Below, piece by piece: positions 1-13,024 of a DNA stretch of 64,000 bases (positions are counted from its first letter, which is position 1; each line of letters begins with the position of its first letter). The notes below the pieces were generated by a model. The model worked only from the letters and a program-made list of their open reading frames with translations, was not told where the DNA came from and searched no databases. The position numbers were made by a program, and so were the translations under genes. Location: NCBI RefSeq assembly GCF_009914755.1, contig NC_060928.1. The stretch is one strand, 5' to 3'. Source of the DNA: the human T2T-CHM13v2.0 reference genome, Homo sapiens.

Positions 1-2683
1 GTGAGAAGCCATTTCTGGAGTTGATCCTGCTGACACTCTGGGACTTTTTAGCTTGGACACTCATTGTACGTGGGACTCCCTTCCTCTCAAGAGCTGTTGC
101 TCATAAGACTCTCCTTCATCAATCTGGCATTGCCTTTTAATATCAGTTGCAATCAGAATCCAACTGGCCTTGTAGTTGTAATATGTTCTATCTTAACCAC
201 CACTTTCTTACCAGGAGTCTGCCCAGGTTTGTTCTCTCATTCCCGTAAGAAGCTCCCAGCATAGACATTCTAAATTTCAGATCATTAAGTTATTAACAAA
301 GCTTTGGACCATGTTCACTTTAGGCTGAGCATAGTGTGAGGAGATGTAAATTAAATTATAATCCTATATGTGCGTGTTATAAATATTAAAGTGTATAAAT
401 TAAATAACACATTCTAAGTGTCCAACAAGGGTCAAATAAATGATACAAAGTCACCATATCAATGCTATTTGATCTCATCTTATTTCAGAAATTTTCTTGT
501 AATATCCTCTTTGGTTTTTTATATCAATTGTTGCAAACAAAGAAAAATCTCAAAGGAATTTTTAATAATTACCTAGAGCCTCACTTCTAGACCTAACAAC
601 TAAAAGCAAATTGCCATATTTTTATCACATAGTCTTTAAAATTTGCACATGGCGTGGTGGCAAAATTGATGTTTTAAAGGTGGCAGAGCAGGAATGCCCT
701 GTCCCTGTTCCCCATGCAGAAAGAGACTTAACAACATCATATAGACCAATTTGCCATGGTGATAATCTCAGAAACCAGTGAAAAGGTTGCAGCACCTCAG
801 AAAAGAGCAAAGCCAAAAAGAATTTTATTTTAATATCTAGGAAATGTTGTACCATATACTCTCAATAGATCCTTCTCTAGACCGTACAGCATTACACAAT
901 CAGGAAAAAAATCTTTAGTCATAACTTTTCCCATAGGAGTGAAAGAAGCGAGAAATGTGGTCTAATGTTCTGGCTCCTTAGGGGACTTCCCAAGGATCTG
1001 ATTCCTGTCACCGAACTTAAATCACTTATAGAAACCCCAGCATTTGAATGCCTGGGAATAAAGGCAGTGTGGCTGTTTAGGGCAGTACAAGAACAGCTGC
1101 ATTATTACTACAGAATGACAACAGGTGAAGTAAAATATTACAAAATCCTGAAAACAAACAAACAAACAAAAAACCCGATTTAACTTGGCAATTACATCCA
1201 AAAGCTCAGAGAGGATACAACTCTTGGAATGGTTTGCAAAGCTCCCAGGATCTCTAGCTGGGGTAATTGATGAAGGTTTTCCACTACACTAAGCCAGTAT
1301 ATAAAGACTGGGAGATGTGGATGTTTCTTTAAATCTCAGAATTTAAACAAAGAAATGCAAAACATGCAGACACTGAGAAGCATGACCTATTTAAGGGAAC
1401 AAAATAAAGCTTTCATTCCACCCTCAATAAACAAAGATTTATTAATCACCTGTCAAAATATATTAAATACCTATCAAAAATTTCAAAAATAATTAAAGAT
1501 GCTCGATTACCTAAAAAAACACAGACAAGTTTTTAAAAATCAGGAAAATAATGCATATATAAAATAAGAGTATCAACAAAGACATAAAAAGTATAGAAAA
1601 GAACCAAATAGAAATTCTGGAGGTAAATAATACAATAATTAAATTGAAAAATTTACAAGAGAAATTCAATAGATGACTTGATCAGCTAGAAAAAATAATT
1701 CATGAATTTGACAATATTGGTGACTTGAAACTTTTAAGGGAGAGGAGCAAAAAGAATGTGATAATAAAGTGAAGAAAGCCTGAGACTTATGGGACATTGT
1801 TAACCTGACCAGTTATGCATTATGAGAGTCCTCATGGGAGAAGAGGAAAAGATTGAGACAAAAAGTCTATTTAAAGAAATAATGGCAGGCAGAATATTTC
1901 CCAAATTTGAGGAAGAACACGGACATAGAATTGTTTTGAAACACAACTACTGTACACTGAGATCAGTTCAAAAATTTTACACCAATAAATATTATAATTA
2001 GTCTTTCAAAAGTCATAGACAAAGAAAGAATCTTGGAAGCAGAAAAAGAAAAATAAATCATGACATAAATGGGAACTCACATAATGTTATCAACAAGATA
2101 CCAGCAGATATCCTTTCAAACCAAAGCTAAGCAACATAATATATTCAAAGTGTTGAAAGAAAAACAAGAAAAAAACCCAACCACATAAGAGATTCATTTG
2201 GCAAACCTGTCATTCAGAAATTACGCAAAATAGAATATTTTCTTGGGTTAAAAAAAAGTTTGAAGAAGGTAAATATTACCACACCTGTCCTACAAGCAAA
2301 GCAAAAAGGAGTCATTCATGTTGAAATGAGGGAGGGTAGGTAGCAAAACGAATGAATGTTAAAATATAAATCTATCTGGTAGAGATAAATATATAATTAA
2401 TTATAAAGTCCCGTAAGTTCTTAATGTTGATGCACAAGTTACTTCCAATTCTGATATGCAATTTAAAAGAGAAAAGCATAAAAGTAACATTACATTTGGA
2501 TTAATTGGGACACAACATAAAATATATAACTAGTGATATTACTAACATAAAGTAGGAATGGGAGATGAAAAGGAATAGATTTTTCATATATAATTAAAGT
2601 TTTTGTTCGGTTTAAAATGGACTGTTATAACTAGAATATGTTTTATGCCATCCTCATGGTAACCACAAAATATACCTATAGGA

Positions 2684-2905
2684 CAAGAGTGTCCAATCTT
2701 TTACCTTCTCTGGACCACATTAGGAAAAGAAGAATCACCTTGGGCCACACACAAAATACACTAACACTAGCCATAGCTGATGAGCTGGGAAAAAATCGCA
2801 AGAGAAATCACAATGTTTGAAGAAAGTTTACAAGTTTGTGCTGAGCTGCATTGAAAGCCATCCTGGGCTGCATGCAGCTCTCAGGCTGCAGGTTGGACAA
2901 GCTTG
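2684..2905 (+). mobile_element. MER30 hAT-Charlie DNA transposon (MITE)
   Basis: Starts CAAGAGTGTCCAATC and ends GGTTGGACAAGCTTG (terminal inverted repeats). The internal 'tgggccacacacaaaatacactaacact...gctgatgagct' matches the recalled MER30 consensus. Confidence 0.85.
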
Positions 2906-3234
2906 CTGTAAAAGATACAAAAAAAGTAGTGAAAAAAAGGAAACTGAACTTACAAAAGTAGCAAAAACAGTACTATGAGGATAGTTTATAGTAATAAATG
3001 CCTATGTTAAAAAGAAGAAATATCTAAAAGAATCTAACTTTACATATCAAAGAACTGACCAAAATTATCAGAAAGAAAAATGTAATAAAGATTACAACAG
3101 ACATAAATGCAATAGGAAATAGAGAAAAATCAGCAAAACTGAATTATTGCTTTCTTTTTTTTGAAAAGATCAACAAAATTGAGAAATCATTTTCTCGACT
3201 AAAAAAAACAGTGAATAGTTGTATAATTAAAATC

Positions 3235-3533
3235 AGCCTGAGCTTGGGGGCTTAATCCTGTAATCCCAGCAGTTTGGAATGCCAAGGCAGGCAGACTGCT
3301 TGAGCACAGGAGTGGAAGACCAGTCTGGGCAACATAGTGAAAACCTGTTTCTACTAAAACTACAGAAATTAGCCAGGTGTGGTGGCATGTACCTGTAGTC
3401 CCAGCTACTCAGGAGGCTGACGTGAGAGAATCGCTTGAACTTCGGAAGTGAGGGTTTCAGTGACCAAGGTGATGCTGCTGCTGCGCTCCAGCCTGGGGAC
3501 AGAGCAGAGACCCAGTCTAAAAGAAAAAAAAAA
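3235..3533 (+). mobile_element. Alu (AluJ-like), full length
   Basis: Two-arm Alu with A-rich linker and A tail. AluJ-type 'tgcttgagcacaggagt'. Degenerate TSD ataa..aaatcag. Confidence 0.9.
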
Positions 3534-3860
3534 TAACAAATCAGAAATGAAAGAGAAGACATTACAATTGATGTCATAGAAATAAATAGGTTGCAAGAGA
3601 GAAAATATTGGTAAATCACTTATCTGCTAAGTGTTTTATATACATATATGACAATTCTCTATAGTTTAATAGCAAAAACCCAATTAAAATAATTCAAAGA
3701 CTTGAATACACGTTTATTCAGAAAATGTAGACATATGGCCAAAAAGCATATGAAAAGATGCTTAACATCACTAAATATTTGAGAAATGTAAATCAAAACT
3801 ACAATGAGCTATGACATCATAACCATTAGCCACCTCAAAACATTTTTGAATACATATATT

Positions 3861-3898
3861 CACACACACGCAGACACACACACACACACACACACACA
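3861..3898. repeat. (CA)n microsatellite, interrupted
   Basis: cacacacacgcagacacacacacacacacacacacaca read directly. Confidence 0.95.
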
Positions 3899-4818
3899 GA
3901 GCCCAGAAAACAAAAAGTATTGAAGATAATATATATAAATAGGAACTCCTGTGCATTGTTGGTAGGAATGAAAAATGATGACAGCCCTATAGTTAAGAGT
4001 ATGAAGTTTCCTCAAAAAAATTAAAATAAAATTACCATATGACCCAACAATGTTACTTCTAGGCATTTATCCAAAATAATTAAAAGCAAGATCTCAAAGA
4101 CATATTTGCACATCCATGTATTTTGCAACATTATTCACAATAGTCAAAAGAGGAAAGCAACACAAATGTCCACGGATGGATGAATGGATAAAGAAAACAT
4201 GGTATATACATGAAATGAAAGATTATTTAGCTTTTAAAAAAAGAAAATTTTATCATATGTAACAACATTGATGAAGCTTGAGGATGTTATAGTAAGTTGA
4301 ATAAGCCAGTCAAAAAAAGATAAATACACATATAAATAATTTCACATACATGTGGTATCAAAACTAGTAAAATCCATAGAAAGAAAAAGTGGAATAGTGG
4401 ATACCAGGGGCTGGAGTAAAGGGAAAATGGGGTGTTGTTCAATGTGTTTTCCAAGATGAAAATTTTCTAGAAACCTGTGGCACAAAAATGTAAATATACT
4501 TAACATTGCTCAGCTGCAAACTTAAAAATTGTTAAGATGGGAAAATGTATGGTAACTTTTTTAACACAATCAATCACTCAGCAGTTACAGAGAAAATTGA
4601 AAGTTTTATTTTATTTATTTATTTTTGAATGTTAAATAACTTAAGTTTCACTAAACTTCAAAAAAACTCCCTTGAAATTAGTGTTTTTACCAACCAGACT
4701 CTTTTTATTTATTAATTTTTTAACTCAGTATGTTTTGTTTTCTAATTACTCATCTACTTTGAACTTGGTTTGTGTTGGAAATCAATCAATTAATCAACAT
4801 AATATTAAAGACCTAGCT

Positions 4819-7061
4819 CTAATTTACGTTTTCACCAACAGTGTTAAAGCATTCCTGTTTCTCTATAGCCTCACCAGCATTTATTGTTTCTTGACATTTT
4901 AATAATCATCATTCTGACTGACATGGGATGGTATCTCATTTTGGCTTTGATTTGCATTTCTCTAATGATAAGTGATGTTGAGCTTTTTTCCGTATGTTTG
5001 TTGGCTGCATAAATGTCATCTTTTGAGAAGTGGCTCTTTATATTCTTCGACCAGTACTTAATGGTTTTGTTTTTTCTTGTAAATTTATTTAAGTTCCTTG
5101 TAAATTAAATAAATTTAATTGTAGATAATAGACCTTTGTCAGCTGGGTAGATTGCAAAATTTTTCTCCCATTCTGTAGGTTGCCTGTTCACTCTGATGGT
5201 AGTTTCTTTTGCTGTGCAGAAGCTCATTAGTTTAATTGGATCCCATTTGTCAACTTTGGCTTTCGTTGCAATTGTTTCTTGTGTTTTCATGATGAAGTCT
5301 TTGCCCATATCTACGTCCTGAATGGTATTGCCTAGATTTTCTTCTATGACTTTTATGGTTTTGGGTTTTACATTTAAGTCTTTAATCTTCCTTGGGTTAA
5401 TTTTTGTATAAGGTGTGAGGAAGGTGTCCAGTTTCAGTTTTCTGCATGTGGTTACCCAGTTTTTTGATCACCATTTATTAAATAGGGAATTCTTTCCCCA
5501 TTGCTTGTTTTTGTCAGATTTGTCTAAGATTAGATGGTTGCAGATGTGTGGTGTTATTTTTGAGGTGTCTTTTCTGTTCCATCGGTCTATATACCTGCTT
5601 TGGTACAAGTACCATGCTGTTTGGTTGCTGTTGCCTTTTATTACAGTTCAAAGTCAGGTAGCACGATGTCTCCAATTTTGTTTTTTTGCTTAGGATTGTC
5701 TTGGCTATACAGGGTGTTCTTTGATTACATATGAAATTCAAAGTAGCTTTTTTCTAATTCTACGAAGAATGTCAATGGTAGTTTGATGGGAATAGCATTG
5801 AATCTATAAAATACTTTGGGCAGTATGGCCATTTTCACAATGTTGATTTGTCCTGTCTGTGACGATGAAAAGTGTTTTCCATTTGTTTTCATCCTCTCTC
5901 ATTTCCTTGCACAGTGGGTTGTTGTTCTCATTGAAGCAGTTATTCACATCCCTTGTTAGCTATATTCCTAGGTATTTTATTCTCTTTGTAGCAATTGTTA
6001 ATGGGAGTTGATTCTTGATTTGGCTCTCCGCTTGTCTATTGTTAGGGTAAAGGTATCCTTGTGATTTTTGCACATTGATTTTGTATCCTGAGACTTTGCT
6101 GAATTTGCTTATCAGTTTAAGGAGTTTGGGGGCTGAGATGACGGGGTTTTCTAAATGAAAAATTATGTCACCTACAAACAGGGACAATTTGACTTCCTAT
6201 CTTCCTATTTGAATACCCTTTATTTCTTTCTCTTGCCTGACTGCACTAGTCCTAACTTCCAATACTATGTTGAATAAGAGTGTAGAGAGAGGGCATCCTT
6301 GTCTTGTACCTTTTTTCACAGGGAATGCTTCCAGCTTTTGCCCATTCAATGTGATATTGGCTATGCATTTGTCACAAATAGCTCTTATTATTTTGAGTTA
6401 TGTCCCATCAATGCCTAGATTACTGAGAGTTTTTAACATGAAGGGATGTTAAATTTTACCAGAGACCTGTTTTGTGCATCTATTGAGATGCCATACTGGC
6501 AGTTTCTCAAGGATCTAGAAACAGAAATACCATTTGACCCTGCAGTCTTATTACTGGGTATACACCTAAAGGAATATAAATCATTTTGCTGTGAAGACAC
6601 ATGCAGACATATGTTTATTGTGGCACTATTTACAGTAGCAAAGTCATGGAGCTAACGTAAATGCCCATCAATGACAGATGAGATAAAGAAAATGTGGTAC
6701 ATAGACACCACCAAATACTGCACAGCCAAAAATGGAATGAGATCAACTCCTTTTCAGAGACATGAATAAAGCTGGAAACCATCATCCTCAGCAAACTAAC
6801 ACAGGAACAGAAAACCAAACACTGTGTGCTCTCACTCATAAGGGGGAGTTGAACAATGAGGACACATGGACACAGGGAGGGAAACAACACACACCAGGGC
6901 CTATTGGGAGGTGGAGCATGAGGGAAGGAAACTTAGAGGATGGATCAATAGATGCAGCAAATCACCATGGCACACTTATACCTATGTAACAAACCTGCAC
7001 GTTCTGCACATGTATCCTGGAACTTGTGCGTAAAAAGTAAAGGAAAAAAAAGAAGAAAGAA

Positions 7062-7117
<56 letters not shown>

Positions 7118-7165
7118 AAAGAAAGAAAGAAAGAAAACAGAAAGAAAGAAAAGAAAGCGAAAGAA
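4819..7165 (+). mobile_element. L1PA element with 5' inversion (4819-~6489 inverted ORF2, ~6490-7050 forward 3' end, tail decayed to GAAA repeat)
   Basis: Minus-strand ORF2 peptides ([24 protein letters not shown]) are followed by the plus-strand ORF2 end and 3'UTR. TSD-like aaagacctagct (4807-4818) and agagacttagct (7166-7177). Confidence 0.85.
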
Positions 7166-7168
7166 AGA
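7052..7168. repeat. (GAAA)n tetranucleotide microsatellite derived from L1 poly(A) tail
   Basis: Long agaa/gaaa run read directly. Confidence 0.95.
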
Positions 7169-7532
7169 GACTTAGCTTTATATTATCAAGTGCTCAAAAT
7201 ATATTTTATATTATTGAGCAAGATAATGTATTAATAAATTTGAAGTGAATGGTTGTTACTAGCTCAAATTTATGAAAAATAAAAGCTAATCTGGATACAG
7301 TTATTCAATGTGCAAAGGAATAATCAGAAAATAAACAGTATGTTCCAGGAACCATATAAGGTTTTTTTTTCTCAAATGACCAAATTTGATAAGCATATAG
7401 TTATGTATGTATCATCTTCCAAACAGTGCATAATCCTTCTTTCATACTTTAATACATACCTGATGCTCTCAAAATTCATTTCATATATAACATCAACATT
7501 CAAACTTCAAGTGTATTTCTATATACCACTCT

Positions 7533-7902
7533 ATTAGATGTCTAGGGCTGCCATAATAAAGTACCACAGGCTAGATGGCTTAAACAAGAAACATATTTTC
7601 TCAAAATTCAGGAGGCTAGAAGTGTGTAATCAAGTGTAATCAAGGTACGATTAACAGTGTTGTTTCCTTCTAAATCCTCAGTGATTGGTTTGTAGATGGT
7701 TGCCTTCCTTCAGTGGTTTTACGTGGACTTTCTTCTCTGTGTTTGTCCTTATGTTCATATAAGACATCTTCTATATGTCCTCATTTTATATTATTGTTTT
7801 CCTTAATGGCCCTGTCTCCAAATGTAGACCTATTCTGAGGAACTGGGTGTTAGAACACAAACAAATGAATTTGGAGTAATGAGCCATGATTCAGCTCATA
7901 AG
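7533..7902 (-). mobile_element. MLT1A-type MaLR solo LTR
   Basis: 'agggctgccataataaagtaccacaggctagatggcttaaacaa' through 'gattcagctcataag' resembles the reverse complement of the MLT1A consensus. Confidence 0.7.
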
Positions 7903-8409
7903 CACTATTTAATATTTCAAAATAATATATACATTTTGCCAAAAAATACCAATAGCAGAGTATGCATTCTCAACATATATGCTTTCTATTATCCCAACAT
8001 TAAGAAAACAAAGTGAAATACGATGTCCAAATGAACATTCTAATAAATCTAAAGAAGATAATGAAAAACATCTTATTAGAAAAATTAAGATCTTATGACA
8101 AACTTTCTTACACTCAACTAGAAATCCTTTCCACTGTATTTAATTGTAACTGCATAAATTCCTATTCTATAAAATTATTTTAGAAAGCTTTTATGTAATT
8201 TGTGCTATGTTGCTTAATTTGATGATCTTTTCCATGAAGTCAGCTATATTCCACTTTGACTATTGAGATAAGTAGGCTGTCCAAAGTTCAGACTCAGTCA
8301 CCATCAATTGATTGAGAAATTGAAGCATGAAACACACTTAGGATTAATTTGGCTTATGAGCTTGCTGAATTTATCTTAAGCCCAGCGTAAATTAAAGGAA
8401 GAGTTGGTC

Positions 8410-9200
8410 ATGAAAACTGGAAAACTGTGAATAGCTTCTGTTTTTTTATGTTTTGTTTTATTTTGTTTTTCTGCTGAATCTGTGTTTCTTTGACTCTGGA
8501 AAGTCTGGAAAAGTACTTATCCGGCCCATAAATTTTAGTCACTCAATTTAAAAGTTATTCTAGAAAAACTCCAGCTTGATGGACATGAGATAACCATGTT
8601 AATACTTCCACCAAGCCTTCTGCTTGATTATACCAAGATTCTATTTAATGTGAAGGTTCTCCTACTTTCAGTAACTAAGAAACCCTCACAGAAGATATCT
8701 ATACTTTTCTCCTAACAGCTTCTTTAGAACTGCAGTCTTTCATGGTGTGGCAGGCAAATAAAACTGTCAGAAATAGAATATAAAAATAAAACTGCATATC
8801 TGAAAGTGTGTATGACAGTGCTATAATAAATAAAACTCCTCCTGCTGAGGAGTTACTCAGCAGGCTGTAGGCAGCCAAGTTTTTTTTGTTTTGCTAACCC
8901 TTTATGTTACAATGGAGAGTTGATGGCTGGGCTTCTCAACGTTTCATTTGTATATTCGTTTCTGGTTTCTCATGGGAATACCGATGTCTCACCTCTTCTT
9001 TGTATATTCCTGGAAGCACATCAGTATTAATGAAAAACATGCCTTAAATACAGAGGCTGAATGTTTTGGTTTGTATTTTTTGTTTGTTTGTTTGTTTTTG
9101 GTTTTGAGAGGGTATTGGTCTATGTACTTTGTGATCTGCTAGTATTATATGTTATATTTCCAGAATGGTATGAATAGTATAGGTCATAGTAAAGGTGTAT
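8410..9200 (+). pseudogene. Decayed UGT2 first exon, UGT2C1-like
   Basis: Manual translation across frameshifts: MKTGK..NLCFFDSGKSGKVLIRPINFSH..LKVILEKLQLDGHEITMLILPPSLLLDYTKILFNVKVL..VYDSAIINK..ELLSRL*AAKF..CFANPLCYNGELMAGLLNVSFVYSF..YIPGSTSVLMKNMP*IQRLN..IFPEWYE*Y. This is colinear with UGT2 exon 1 and carries multiple stops and frameshifts. Confidence 0.85.
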
Positions 9201-11297
9201 TATCCTAATTTTTAATACTTAACATTTAAATTGTGATTAAATCTTTAACACTGTTGAAATGATACTGTAGTATAGTAATAGTTTAAAAAAGATACTGATT
9301 TAGTGAGCCTGAGGTTTCATACTCATTTTGGTAAGTATGGAAATGCTGACAATTTTTTTTTGTAGCCTATGTAGTAAACTATTGCTACCATAACATTTTA
9401 GAAAAGGAATATTTATTATATTTTCACCTAAGCCCTTTCTGATGTATCTTACTCTTTGTAGTATCTCTGTGCCTTTTATATCAGATGTGATTTTATTGCA
9501 TTTAATCTCATTTGCACACGGTTTACATTTCTTAATGGTTTGACTTGGTTTCTAGAGTCAGCATTAAGTTTAGGTTCATGATGCAGTAATGTAGTCCTAA
9601 AAATAAATATTGATTTTATTCTTCTTTTGACAAATGACAGAAAAGCGGAGAGATAGTTCTATAAAGAATCATAATTTTAGGCTTTGGACTTACATACAAA
9701 AGGAAGAAATGGGAAATATATTCCCCTTTAATTTCTTATCAATGGTGTTTTCAAATTCAGCTTATATCTGTTTATAATAAAAATTATCTGATATTTTTAT
9801 GTGTTATATCATTTCAGCTGTTCTTGCTCCCTTACTTTCCCACAATATAAACTGATGCAAAGGACTAAACTGCAAAAACATTTGCAAAATAAATTTTATG
9901 CTTATCTGGTGTGCATAGTTCAGAGTTATGTCCTTTTGTTATTCCTGTGATTCTTGTTTTGAATGCCTAAATTCTAACTTAAAAATTAAATATTTCTCTC
10001 TACCACATGTCATTGAGCATTAATACTATTTTGATTTATTTAATCATGATTCCTCTGTGTCAGCTCACAGAAATGATGCACATTTAAAATTCTAATGAAA
10101 TCAGTACCATCACTAAGAAATATTGCTGATATATGTTTGAGAATTTAGAATACCATAATTCTATATTTAAATCATAACCTAACCAAGGGTATTATAATAT
10201 TATTCTTCAATTCCAAGCTTTTATGTGTCTAGTAGGCATAATTATTACAGTTTTACTTATGTATTATCATTGTAAGTTCCTTTTACAAGAAAAAAAATGG
10301 AGACTCAATAATAAAATCAGTGACATTACATTTAGGTAGTAGTATATTTTTAAGTTTATTTAAGGAGCATTTTTAATAAATATTGTGGGTGCTCTCAAAT
10401 TTAAACCTATATCATAGGTATAAAAGTAACAATATTTTACTATATTGTAAAGCCTAACATATATATTTAGACTAGAATGAACCTGTTACATTAAATTTAG
10501 AATATGAATGACCTAAACCATGTCATAAGTGCCCTATCTATTTTAATATACACTTTATGAGCTCCATTCATGCCAGGTCGTGAGCTAGCCCCTCATGATA
10601 CAAAGATAAGAAAGGCTTCACTATAATAAGTTCTCTCTCTCTCTTTCTTTCTTTCTCTCTCTGTGTCTCTGTTTCTCCCATCTCTGCCTGCCTGTCCTCA
10701 CACCCCTTCACCATACTATCATGTGGTATCCTAAAATGAAACAATTCAGACAGTATTGTTCAAAACATACATGCATTTATTAGAAAGAAGACACAGAAAA
10801 TGTACAAATTTAAAGTTTTGGGAGTTGTTTCTGGGATGTAATATTAATTAGGAAATGACAAACACTGGATAACTGCTGCTAGAACATCCATTAAAGAAAA
10901 CATATACCCACATAGACATATACACTAACTTACTCACAATGTCTCTCTCTCTCTCTATATATATATGTATGTATTTTAAAGTAAGTATAGAAATATAACT
11001 AAGATTTATTACCATTATTTTAATAATAATCAAAACACATTAGAACAATCTGAAAATCTCAATTTTCCTAATTAGTTTCACATTGCTAATTATTTCAAGA
11101 TCCTAAATATTTTTTATTCATTAAAATAACGATAAATTTGTGATTTTTCTCCATATCTGATTTTACAAAAATTCAAAAACTATTCATGAGCATTTTAATT
11201 TGATATCGATATAATTATTTTCATAAGTTCAGTTAGAATCATTTCTGTGTACACGGAAGCAATGGACATGTTAATTCAGTTGCCAAGGTTTGACAAA

Positions 11298-11825
11298 AAA
11301 TACCATTTGCGACAACATGGATGAACCTAGAGGTTATTATGCTAAGTGAATTAAGCAAGTTCAAGAAGAACAAATATTTTATGATTCCACTTATATTAGT
11401 TAAATAAAATAGGCAAATTAATTGAAGCAGATAATAAAATAGTGTTTTCCAGGGGTTTGGGAGAGAGAGAAATGGGGAGCTGTTGTTCAGTGGGTATAAA
11501 GTTTCACTTATGCTTATGAATAAGCATAGAGATTTCCTCTGCAATATAATGCCTAGTTAACAACATGGTATTGTACACTTAATAATGTGTTAAGAGGGTC
11601 AATCTCATGTTAAGCATTATTACCATCAAAAACAAAGAGTGACAAAGAAAGTTTTGTAGGTGATGGATATGTTAATTACCTTCACTGTTATAATGATAGT
11701 ATCATGGGTGCTTGTACATGTCCAAACTCATCAATTTATATATATATAAATAATATAAATATATATGTATAAAATACTTACAGGTGTTTTTTGTATATCA
11801 ATTGTACTTCAGTAAAGCTATTAAA
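11298..11825 (+). mobile_element. L1MB-type 3' end fragment
   Basis: 'catttgcgacaacatggatgaacctagagg..ttatgctaagtgaa' and 'ggtgatggatatgttaattacc' L1M 3' motifs. Confidence 0.75.
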
Positions 11826-13024
11826 ATTATATGCATCTATTTTTGAAATTTACATAATGCATTACTTTTATTGATGTACAAATTATTTCTTTACAGGAAA
11901 TCAAATAATTCATTGAAATGTTGGGAAAATGGTATTGTGGTTTTTATTTAAATTGATGATCACAAATTTCACAGAGAAAAACACAAATATATCAAAATAA
12001 TCTTTCCTAGATCCGACAGAAATTTATTTAAATTTTAAACTCTATATCTGATTCTTAAAATTACTTCCCACAAAAGGAGATAAAATTTCAAAATTCAGGT
12101 TTCCTTTAATACTGCAAATCTTGACTCGTACTGTTTTCAAACCATTATATCAATATAAACAACAGATGACATTTTTAAATTATGGACAGAAACCCAGCTT
12201 CTGTCTATAAAATAAAAAAAAAAGTGAATGCCTTACTTTATCCATCAACCAAGTTCTATGATAATGGATTTTCTAAATAAAGTGAGAAATAGCTAGATAT
12301 AAAATGATAATTCCTATCTCTGTTACAAGGCCTTCTTTTTCCAAGCTAAGGGCATTTCCTCCATTGCTCCCCAGATAAACTTTCCCCTTCCTTGGGGCCT
12401 CTCAAGTACAATCTGTGGTGCATGGGGACAGCTCTTAGAGCCACTGAGTTGCTATTTGAACTATTCAATAGTTGGAATTGGAAGGAAGAAAATATAGTCA
12501 GTTGGGACACAGGATACTGGCACCGCCGTAAGAGAGGGGCTTACTCCTTTGATGGCAAGTAGGGACAGAAGGCTAGAGTACAGCAGCGGTTCTCTCAGCC
12601 CTGGCCTAGAGGACATCTACCACCCCCTTTAAGCTTACTAAGCCTCCTGTTGCTAATTCAGAGATTTCTCCTTGAAGGACAGTTTTATGGCCAGGCCCAC
12701 ATAAATTGAGCCTTAGCATGCAGGCATCAGTGGTGCCCCAGACCCAGGCCTTGCCGCCATGGAACAGGTAGGATGCATTGGCAGAAGAATGACAATAAAT
12801 CCAACAGTCTTTGTGCCCCATTTAGTGGTCAATGGGCGCACAGCAGGGGCAAGGGAAGTTTCCATCCCACGTGTAAGCATGGTTAAATCCGGTAGATGGA
12901 GGGCTCGGGAAAAGCGGCCATGAGCTTTGAGCACAATTGGGCCTGACCCTTGGGGGACGGCCTAAGGGAAGATGAGTCCCAGGACTAACCAGGATTGCGG
13001 ACATCCCGGTGTGTAAAATTCCAG

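Larger units (their letters stand above)
680..4570 (+). mobile_element. Old fragmented LINE-1 (L1M-type: 5' region/ORF1 remnant, ORF2 pieces, 3' end) interrupted by MER30, an Alu and a CA repeat
   Basis: ORF1-like 'gaaaagaaccaaatagaaattctggag' near 1600. L1 3' motifs such as 'aaattaccatatgacccaacaat' and 'acattgatgaagcttgaggatgttat' lie at 4030-4300. Boundaries approximate. Confidence 0.75.

Noticed and set aside
1-330. GC-richer stretch with a hydrophobic 66-aa ORF and a faint RAVAH resemblance to UGT exon 6
   Set aside because: No consistent alignment or splice sites. It could not be assigned to a gene or repeat.
6952-7248. Lys/Arg/Glu-rich 98-aa ORF
   Set aside because: Translation of the L1 3'UTR and the GAAA microsatellite.
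9825-9895. GGACTAAACTGCAAA (GLNCK) resembling exon 2 GLHCK after the UGT2C-like relic
   Set aside because: Only about 15 nt match and the flanks do not align. It would weaken the exon-sharing idea if an HMM confirmed it.
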